Assembly (NCBI GenBank): GCA_002245135.1
Contig: NGBS01001182.1
Location: forward strand, 62,001 to 109,734
Reading direction: 5' to 3'
DNA length: 47,734 bases
Origin: Proteromonas lacertae
Taxonomy: Eukaryota
The notes beneath the pieces were generated by a model. It was not told where the DNA came from and searched no databases. It saw only the letters and a list, made by a program, of their open reading frames with translations. A program made the translations under genes and the position numbers. Each line of letters opens with the position of its first letter. Position 1 is the stretch's first letter. Below, one piece after another: positions 39,340 to 47,734 of this stretch.

Positions 39340-40174
39340 AACGAGTATTATAAATATAATCTTCTTTAATAGAATTATCACTATTATACTAGTTAATAAT
39401 CACTAACGAATGAACGTGTTTATTAAGCAACAATATTTATGTATAGTAATAGTTAACATACATTAATATATATATAGGAATAGTAAATGAGAATAAATAT
39501 ATCCAAACAAATTCAATAATGTAGTAACTGACAAGTAAATAACAATTATAAGATAAAATAACATCTGTTTTTATGGTAGTTTTACCACATGAAATAGAAT
39601 CTTAACATCAATAAACATAATATTTACAAATCAATAATAAAATACTATATAAAAATAGAACTATATAATTTATAAAGGTAAATTGAGATTAATATGAGAA
39701 GTATTATTATACTGCATATTTTAATTCACATATAAATATGCTATAAAGATGATAATCCACTCCATTTAGTCTTTTTACTAAGTGTACAAATGTCAATATT
39801 TGTTAATTTAGTCACATATTTCAAATCAATGTGATAATAATTATTTCAATATTGATTATTTATATTCCTAAAGTTTAGAAAGAAATATATATGAAAAATA
39901 TGATAAAATGAAAATGATTTGTTGTAATCTCTACTTATATTACATATTAGTAAGCAATTATATTCATATGAATTATTATAATTATCTATAGTCATATGTT
40001 TCTATCATTATACAATATTGTAATTAATAAGAAATACTGTAAATATGTCAAATCTATATATTTGACTTGATTAATTTCTAGAACTTTCTGTAAATCATTT
40101 TTTCTTAATTCCAATTATTGATAGAAATACTCATTTATATAGTTTTAAAAATATTTATATTTATTATACTCGTA
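39340..40174. repeat. ~835-bp unit bounded by inward-facing AACGAGTAT motifs; probably a decayed minus-strand gene cassette
   Basis: Forward motif at 39340 and reverse motif ending 40174. The right ~145 bp match 27528-27669. The minus strand after the TTCTAGAA motif reads DLTYLQYFLLITILYND* (anchor-like), then stops. Confidence 0.5.
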
Positions 40175-40386
40175 AAATAACAGAATATTTCACATCCTTA
40201 AATAGACATATATGTTCAAATTGTTTTTATGTTAATTAAATAAAAGAATTTCAAAGTGAATAGCATATCATCAAACATATACTTTTGATGTATTATTAAC
40301 TTGTTATTTGATTCTAATCTATGAGAATATGTAATGAGGCTAATTAAAATATAGCTGTTACATTTCTAATTTTTATTGTTATTTCC

Positions 40387-41508
40387 ATGATAAAGATGTT
40401 GTTAGTTTTGTTATTATTTGTATTGCCTTTGTTATACATTATTGCATTATATTTTTCAGATTTGTCAGTAAATTCAGACATTTGTAACTCAATTCCTTCT
40501 GTATATAGTAGATGGTGTTTGAAATCATATAATCAAACATATTATGAATATTTGAGTTGGGGATTAGGAAATCGAATAAAAGGAGTAGTTGAATTATTGA
40601 TTTTATCACTGGTGAACAACCATTATCCTAGAAGTATAATAATCAATATATGATATATGTAATTTTGAATAGTATTAAAGTGGAAAGAATTCGATAGCTT
40701 CTTCAGTGTTCCATTTCCAAAATTTACTGAGAGAGTGTATAATTTCTGTAAAATAATCAATTTATGTGATATGTCAACAATCGAAATAGAAGAATTCTTA
40801 AGAATAAATAGTAGTTATGAATGTTTGCAAGTAATCTGGTGTGATTTATCTTATCATATAGCATTATTGAAATATTTTAATGAAATATTATATTCATTCA
40901 AATTAATATCTAACAAATATGAAACAAATATACGAAAATTACAATTAGAAATGGAATATAATATATTTAAAAATGTATTAAAACTAAAACAAAATTATGA
41001 AAAATTATGGAATGATTATAATGTTAAACTAAAAGAATATGATAAAGTAATAGGAATTCATATAAGAACAGGAAGAGGAGATTTCAAAGATAATCGTAGT
41101 TTTCTATTAGAGAATGAATTAAAAGAATTTATATCAACAGCCATGAATGTTAGTAGTAAAAACTCAAAAGTGAAATGGATTTTGTTTAGTGATAATAGTA
41201 AATTATTAAAAGAATATGAAAAGAAATATTCAAAATATATAATAAATTTAATATCAAATAGACGAATATCTCATTATAGTAGAAATTCTTCTGATGATAG
41301 TTCTTTTATAGAAATATTACTATTATCTCATTCAGATTATTTTATAATAACAAATCAAAGTACATTTGGTTTAATGTCTTTATTGTGGAGTGGTAAATGT
41401 ATAAATGTATCTAATTATAATGATTGTGTAAAAGTGATTGGTAGAGGTACAGAATGTCATAAATATCAACTATTTGAAGGACATAAACAACTTATTCAAT
41501 CATTTTAA
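40387..41508 (+). CDS. Alpha-1,2/1,6-fucosyltransferase superfamily protein (GT11/GT23/GT37/NodZ-like)
   Basis: One intron (~40634-40672). GLGNRIKG, IGIHIRTG (motif I), LFSDN (motif II) and EILLLSHSDYFIITNQSTFG (motif III). Confidence 0.85.
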
Positions 41509-41686
41509 TAAACTTCAATATTCTTACTATATCTACTATATTATCATTACATTATGTATGATATATGATAGAATAAGATGTATATATATAATCAGAATAT
41601 TGCAATTTATTAAAATGATTGAATAAGTTGTTTATGTCCTTCAAATAGTTGATATTTATGACATATTGTATCTTTGCTTATCACTT
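41432..41686. repeat. Long hairpin over the fucosyltransferase 3' end
   Basis: 41454-41512 is the exact reverse complement of 41606-41664 (59 bp), with imperfect extension outward to 41432/41686 and partly inward. Confidence 0.92.
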
Positions 41687-42098
41687 ATTTGAATTAATTT
41701 ACATAATAAAGAGTATTATAAATCTAATCTTTTTAATAATGTTTTCAACAGTATATTATTTCAATTTTAGTTTTATTACATATAGCTTTTAAACAATACA
41801 GTTAATAAAATTTATAAATATATAAGACATTTACAAATTCTATTTATTTCTATTGATGTATTTTACTTTAAATATTATCTTAGAATGCAACTTATATTAT
41901 TCTGAAATACAATAGAATTAACGAGTATAATAAATACAATATCATTAATATATATATTAATATTCTCCCATTCCATACATAATAAGCACCAATGTATATC
42001 TGTAATATTATTTGATAACGCAGAAATATCGAAACAAAAACACATTTAATCGTTATATATGAAACGACTAAAATTTGATGTAATTGACATTTTTTAAA

Positions 42099-42935
42099 AT
42101 GAATTTATATGTTGTAATTTTATTAGTAGTTGTAATGTTAATATTAATGTGTGTATTATACTATAAATCTGCTGTTAATATTAATAAGTATACAATTATA
42201 ACTAGTAGTAATTATGAAATTATACTACCTTAAGCATATTTATCGCAACAAATGCCATATAATATATTAGTAGTAATAATTAATTGCTATGAAAATAAGA
42301 AGTTTAACCCCAAATGTAGTAATCTACCTTTATTATTATTACATTGTAACAAGAAAACAAACTGGAAAGATAGTAGAGAAGGTGGTTTGATGTTATTATT
42401 TATTCATGTTCAAAAATTACATCATTTAGCAAAGAAGTATATTTTCATACACGATCATAATACATCTTGGCATTACAATGTAAATGTATGGGAAAGAATC
42501 AGATTTATTGTAACTACAGATTATTTTAAAGAAAGAGAATATGGAGCTCTTTACTGTAAATACTACTATCCTGGTAGAAATAATCATGATAATAATACAG
42601 TTAACAGTGTACAAGATGTATTCAATGCAATAGAACATCTTCACATAAATATATCATCACCTGAAAAAATAATTAAAGAAAAATACACTATTCCTTGTTG
42701 TTCTACATTTTTTGTAAGCTCAGATGCATTTGATAGATTTCCAAATGATTTATTTATTAATCTATTCGATGCACTAAAAAATCGTACTGAAAAATACCTA
42801 AAGAAGTATAAAAATAAAAATCACAAAAGTATGATATTCACAAATTGGTTAAATGTAGTATTTTTAGAGATTATTTGGTCTAATTTGTTAGGGTATAAGG
42901 AAGTTCCTTATCCTCCAAATTGTTTAGAATCTTAA
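42099..42935 (+). pseudogene. DUF3431 paralog with an in-frame stop after the signal anchor
   Basis: ATG 42099 is in frame with ORF 42252-42935. TAA at 42231-42233 sits where the paralog 35082-35987 has Glu (PEKY). The downstream protein is highly similar (DSREGGLMLLFIH, YIFIHDHNTSWHYN). Confidence 0.75.
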
Positions 42936-43083
42936 AAATATTAGAATATCAAATACAATAGAGTTTGTAAAAAATATATTATTTCCTTTTGTTTTTTCTT
43001 AGACTCTTAAAATTATTTGACTAACAATAGTCTCTTTAAACCTCTTAAAAATGTAATCGTCTAACAAGACAGTTGTTAGGATG

Positions 43084-43238
43084 AATGTTCCATCTACACA
43101 GAATCTATTATCTTCAGGTTGTATACTCACATATACTTTATCTAAGGAGAATGTTGTATCTTGATAATCTGGGTAAGTAAAATAAACACTTATTTACCTT
43201 CATTTATATTACATACTGTTTTTGGTGTATGATATATT
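43084..43238 (-). pseudogene. Inverted, diverged fragment of the giant surface-protein gene (source 24910-25076)
   Basis: The reverse complement contains CCAGATTATCAAGATACAACATTCTCCTTAGAT and CCTGAAGATAATAGATTCTGTGTAGA, shared with 24988-25067. It has substitutions and a ~10-bp deletion. Confidence 0.9.
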
Positions 43239-43593
43239 TTATACCACTAATTTACTTTTCAATTGATTTTTCAATGAATATATTAAATATATTGCTAATT
43301 AAATACTATATTTACGTTTTTATAAAAGAGGATTAATATATATTTGTTATAAATACTATTCTATGTATGTGATTAAATCAATATTAATAAATCTCTTAAT
43401 TAAATATCTCAATAAATAATATATTTAAATTAATTAATTAAAAGAGATTTAAAACTTTAAAAGAGTTTATGATATTATATTTATTGATAATGATTCTAAT
43501 TCTATATGTAATTAACAGATAAAGATTCCTCTTTAATTAACTGAGAACTATCTAAAAAAATAGAAAAAGTTCCATCTGCTAATAAAGAGGAAT

Positions 43594-44094
43594 TGTTGTG
43601 CGCCGTTTGTCATAGTTGACCATTTGTCTACCAGATACTTTTAAAACAAACTAAAAGTATATTCTTACTTGTCTTGATAAATAATTGTTACTTTTATACT
43701 TACTTTGTTATATGTCCTGCCTCTGCAGTATACTTTTTTGTTAATATAAATAGTTTGAAAAAATAGGCTTGAGTGAGGCTTGATTCTATATTTTCTTTTT
43801 TCATTTTAAATATCTCATAATCAACATTAAGTTGTTCTAATCATTTCAGCTAATGTGTATTAGTCTATATTAGCTAAATATGCATTTAGTTTACTTCAAA
43901 AAATTCTAGAAAACAAAAGGCGCAAATATTCAAACTATTTATATTGACAAAAAAGTATACTGCAGAGGCAGGACATATAACAAAGTAAGTATAAAAGTAA
44001 CAATTATTTATCAAGACAAGTAAGAATATACTTTTAGTTTGTTTTAAAAGTATCTGGTAGACAAATGGTCAACTATGACAAACGGCGCACAACA
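43594..44094. mobile_element. 501-bp non-autonomous element (MITE) with 166-bp TIRs and a 5-bp TSD
   Basis: Arms 43594-43759 and 43929-44094 are inverted, with one mismatch seen. Termini are TGTTGTGCGCC...GGCGCACAACA. GGAAT flanks both sides (43589-43593, 44095-44099). Confidence 0.95.
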
Positions 44095-44751
44095 GGAATA
44101 ATTAAACATGTTGTGCGCCGTTGAGCCGCTCTCATCATATAATTACTTTTAAAACAATTTAATATCATTTTTATCTTAGTTATAATGAGTTATAAACAAA
44201 TATATAGTTAGTTTGTCATATGACCTACATCTGTGATATACTTATTTATGAACTTCATTATTCTTAATATTAAACTAATTTTATTATTTTTTATATTTTA
44301 ATGTATCAGTCACTACTACAGTCTAAAATACATTATTTGATATGAATAGAATTTACTATTTTTAATGTTAAGGCGGTTAAAAAAGAAAAAAGAAAAGATG
44401 AGTTCAAGCCTAGCTCAAGACTACATTTTAATCAAGCTATTAGCATACCAGAAGTGGAAGCACATCATAAAATAACATTGATTGTGCGAAATGCTATGTG
44501 TATGAAATAAAGAATATAAGGGAATAGAAAAAAACATCAATAAAGAAATGAAAATAAATACTTGAAATTAAGCTACTATTTGAGATAAAAGATACATTTC
44601 AAAATAATAATAGTAAATAAAGGTTCTGGCACACCGAGCCGTATGACTCGGGCTCCTGGCACACCAAACCAAACTTTTTAAAAATACGTGACCTATGTCA
44701 TTTTAGGTCATAATTTATTTTTGCATTTTCTAGAATATTCTAATTTCATAT

Positions 44752-45060
44752 ATGGATAATCTAATAAAAGAAGAAGCAGAAAATGGTTTTGATTCTTTAT
44801 ATGAAATGTGTAATGTATATCTCAATAAGAAAGATGATGGGAGCAATGACTATCAAACATCAATTAAAATAGCATGTGAGATTATATTAAAATTAAAAGA
44901 ATTAAATGAAGAATATCATTTAGGATTAGATGATATGGTATTACATCAAATAGGAAGATTAGAAGGGAAAAAAATAGCAAGTCAATATTTACAAAAAGAA
45001 TTAGAAAAACAATTAAATGAAATAATACCAAGTTTAAACAATATGTTAAAAATCAAATAA
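44752..45060 (+). CDS. Hypothetical 102-aa protein within the Polinton-like element
   Basis: Clean intronless ORF preceded by TTCTAGAATATTC; convergent with the next ORF. Confidence 0.6.
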   Translation: MDNLIKEEAENGFDSLYEMCNVYLNKKDDGSNDYQTSIKIACEIILKLKELNEEYHLGLDDMVLHQIGRLEGKKIASQYLQKELEKQLNEIIPSLNNMLKIK

Positions 45061-45068
45061 AAAATTAA

Positions 45069-45542
45069 TTAGTCTTTATCATCTTCCAATCTGTTTTTAA
45101 AAATATTATATTTAGAATTTAATTCTGAATTTGTATCGATTAAATAGAGATAATGACTTTTTATATATCTAAAATTTTTAATAGTATTTGCATTCAAATT
45201 GAAATCTTCTTCAGAAATATATGCAAAATCTTCTACATAAAATGTATCTAGTTTATTAATTAATTTTTCTAAGTCTTCTATAATATCCAGTCTATAAGAT
45301 GTTAATTCAGATTTGTTAAATGTGGTTGCTATTTTACTTCTGTTATATTTCAATTCGATATTTTGTATGAAAGTTACAAAAGACTTTATTTTATCTCTTA
45401 GATCTGTTTTATCTTTACTACTAAAATTTTCACTTAGATTTAATTTATAGACCCTTCTACTTATATCATTTAAACTACTAATATAATTTTTAAGTACATC
45501 AAAGAATACATAGAATTCATATACTCTAGCAAAATTACTCAT
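45069..45542 (-). CDS. Hypothetical 157-aa helical protein within the Polinton-like element
   Basis: Clean intronless ORF, divergent from the polymerase gene. Confidence 0.6.
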   Translation of the reverse strand: MSNFARVYEFYVFFDVLKNYISSLNDISRRVYKLNLSENFSSKDKTDLRDKIKSFVTFIQNIELKYNRSKIATTFNKSELTSYRLDIIEDLEKLINKLDTFYVEDFAYISEEDFNLNANTIKNFRYIKSHYLYLIDTNSELNSKYNIFKNRLEDDKD

Positions 45543-45778
45543 ATTTTTTTTGTATTAATTAATTAATTAATTAGATATACTACTAATAGAAATTGTTCTT
45601 CCAATTCAAATCTGATCCAAAGAATATAATATAATTCAAGTAAAAGAAAGAAATATAAAACAATAATATAAAATAATAAATATAAGTCGTAAAAGAATTG
45701 ATATATAACTTTTAGAAATTTCTAAAAGAATAAAAATAATAATAAAAATATAAAAAAAATTAATTTTTAATTTTCTAG

Positions 45779-47734
45779 ATGAACCCTTTCATCCCTCCTT
45801 ATTATTATTATTCAAACTTTAATTATTATAGTCCACCACCATTTGGAGCACCTTATATTCCTCCTCCACAAAATTATGGATTTAATCCCATGCCCATGCC
45901 ATATCCAGGTATGGCACCTCCTAATATGTATGAACCACCTCCACCTATTCAAAATATTCCAGTAGTTAGAAATTATATTCCACCAAGAAATCTAGTTACA
46001 AATACAAATCCTGGTTTCAATTATTATCCTGGAAATATAGGAGTAGATTCAACACCTCAAATTAATATTCCTGAACCAGGATTTGTAACACCACCTCCCA
46101 AGAGAAGATTAGATTTCGAAAACATAAGTCCTCCAAAAATACAAAGAAAAGGAGGTATGCAGGTTCCAATGCCTAATCCAAATCCTAATCCAAATCAACC
46201 TGTTGTTGTTGTTAATCAACCTCCACCAAATGCACAACAGCGTAATAGAGTAGCAGATTTAAATTTATCTTATCAAGAAGAAAGAGATTTAAGAGAAGCA
46301 AGTGATATATTAGAAAATCATCCTACTAAATTATTAAAATTACCATATGAAAAGAGATTATATTATATGGACTTAATTCAGAGAAGTACAGATAATTATA
46401 GTAGAACATATCAAATTAACTTTTTAAATGATGTAAATGGTAAGGATCCAGATGCTGTTGTTGAAATTATAACTGATCCTAGTAGCCCATTAATTACTAA
46501 AATAAGAGAATATTTAGAAGATGTTAAATATATAAAAGTAACATTAAGTTTTAGAAGTGGTTATATAGGAGCAGACGATCCAGATTATAATAATCCAAAT
46601 GGTAATAAAATTACAAATTGGGTATTCTTAGAATGTAGACCTGTAGTTATTACAGAATCAGAAATGAATGTTGCACATAAAATATTAAAAGATAGAATAA
46701 GAACAGAAATGGGACCTTTATGGCATACTGAAAAATCAAGTTTAAAATTTAGACATGTTGGTGAAGTTGAAGTTCAATTAGTCAAAGCAACTGCTATGGC
46801 AGGTAGTGGTAAAAATAAAGAACTTCCAGATTGGGTTAGAAATAGAAAATGTGTTATATCAATAGATAATAATAAAGAAAATGATCAATTATGTTTTCTA
46901 TATGCTATAGCAGCAGCATTTTTCATGGTAATAATAATAATAAGAATTTAAATAGAGTAGAACAATATAAAGAATATATTAGAGTTAACTACAATTATAG
47001 TATGTTATATTTCCCAGTAGATCCTATTAAACATAAAAAACAAATTCATGAATTTGAAACAATAAATCATATAACATTAAATATATTCAAAATAACAGAT
47101 AAAGAAGTAGTTCCTATATATGTAACACATATAGATAAGTTCAATAATTATCCACATGTAAATTTATTATATAATGATAAACATTATTCTACTATTACAA
47201 AATTAAATGTAATATTAATACCTAAAGGAAAGAAGTGTAAAAATGGTTATCCTAGATGTAATTATTGTTTTGCTTTATTATCAACAGATGAAAAAAGAAT
47301 ACAACATGAAAAATATAATTGTCAACAACATAAAGGTATTATAAGAAATTTCCCTGAGAAAAATATTCAATTAGAATTTAAGAACTTTAAATATATGCAA
47401 CTAATACCTATAGTAATATATTGGGATACTGAAGTTTATCAGGAGAAAGTAACAGATCCAATTTTAAATGAGAAAGGTATATTATCAAAGCATATATTAT
47501 CCAGTTTGGTGTTTATATGTTGTATCTAAATATCCTAATATATATCCTAATAAAATTGAGTATGATTTTAAAACACCTAAAGATAATGAAACAGATTTAG
47601 AGGATAGATTAATAGCTAAATTTATGGAAATACAAAAAGAAATATTAGATTTATATGAAGAAAAATTAAAAAATCCAGAAAAAATGATAGGATATAATAG
47701 AGAAGATCCTAAAAATAAATTGAATTATTGTATA
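45779..47734 (+). CDS. Polinton/Maverick-type protein-primed family B DNA polymerase, N-terminal part (frameshifts near 46922 and 47515)
   Basis: ELPDWVRNRKCVISIDN...DQLCFLYAIAAA, FPV...IHEFETINHITLNIF, HVNLLY..HYSTI, C..C...H...C finger and FKNFKY..IPIVIYWDTE (Exo I) reproduce the N-terminal architecture of Maverick pPolB. Confidence 0.88.

Larger units (their letters stand above)
44109..47734 (+). mobile_element. Left part of a Polinton/Maverick-like element (continues beyond the window)
   Basis: Starts with TGTTGTGCGCCGTT, a diverged copy of the MITE terminus, and contains intronless ORFs including a protein-primed PolB. Confidence 0.8.

Noticed and set aside
27403..41955. AACGAGTAT repeats as a CRISPR array or true bacterial attC sites
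   Set aside because: Spacing is 0.15-2.6 kb and irregular, the copies are degenerate, no cas or intI gene is present, and single copies lack the attC hairpin. The DNA is eukaryotic with spliceosomal introns.
42231..42233. In-frame TAA as evidence of a reassigned genetic code
   Set aside because: TAA, TAG and TGA all terminate well-defined genes in this window, and long exons are otherwise free of in-frame stops.
43370..43460. AT-rich imperfect palindrome (AAATCTCTT...AAGAGATTT)
   Set aside because: A short stem in extremely AT-rich DNA, which is expected by chance.

Overview
Very AT-rich eukaryotic protist DNA with tiny GT-AG introns of about 27-40 nt. A Blastocystis/Opalinata-like gut stramenopile is my inference from intron size and gene content, not a proven assignment. 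The window has four parts. (1) 1-14.6 kb: compact intron-rich genes (RCC1/filamin protein, OGFr-domain protein, MRNIP, DUF1749 hydrolase, GST/eEF1B-gamma-like, nucleoside monophosphate kinase, PTRHD1, PPP phosphatase) interrupted by two decayed transposon-like tracts. (2) 14.7-26.3 kb: one giant type I membrane protein gene with about 21 four-cysteine HRM-like modules. (3) 26.3-43 kb: an island made almost entirely of glycan/lipid-modifying genes (GT31 x2, PAP2_3/IPC-synthase-like x3, GT-A, DUF229, DUF3405-like, LicD, DUF3431 x2, HtrL/YibB, fucosyltransferase). Its spacers are punctuated by 14 copies of a ~32-bp motif, AACGAGTATWATAAATATAAT, which gives a gene-cassette-array-like layout. It also contains a 1,932-bp inverted duplication and smaller inverted fragments. 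(4) 43.6 kb to the end: a 501-bp MITE (166-bp TIRs, TGT...ACA ends, GGAAT target duplication) next to the left end of a related Polinton/Maverick-like element encoding a protein-primed DNA polymerase B. Scattered single-base frameshifts look like long-read errors. All family calls come from motif recognition, not database searches.
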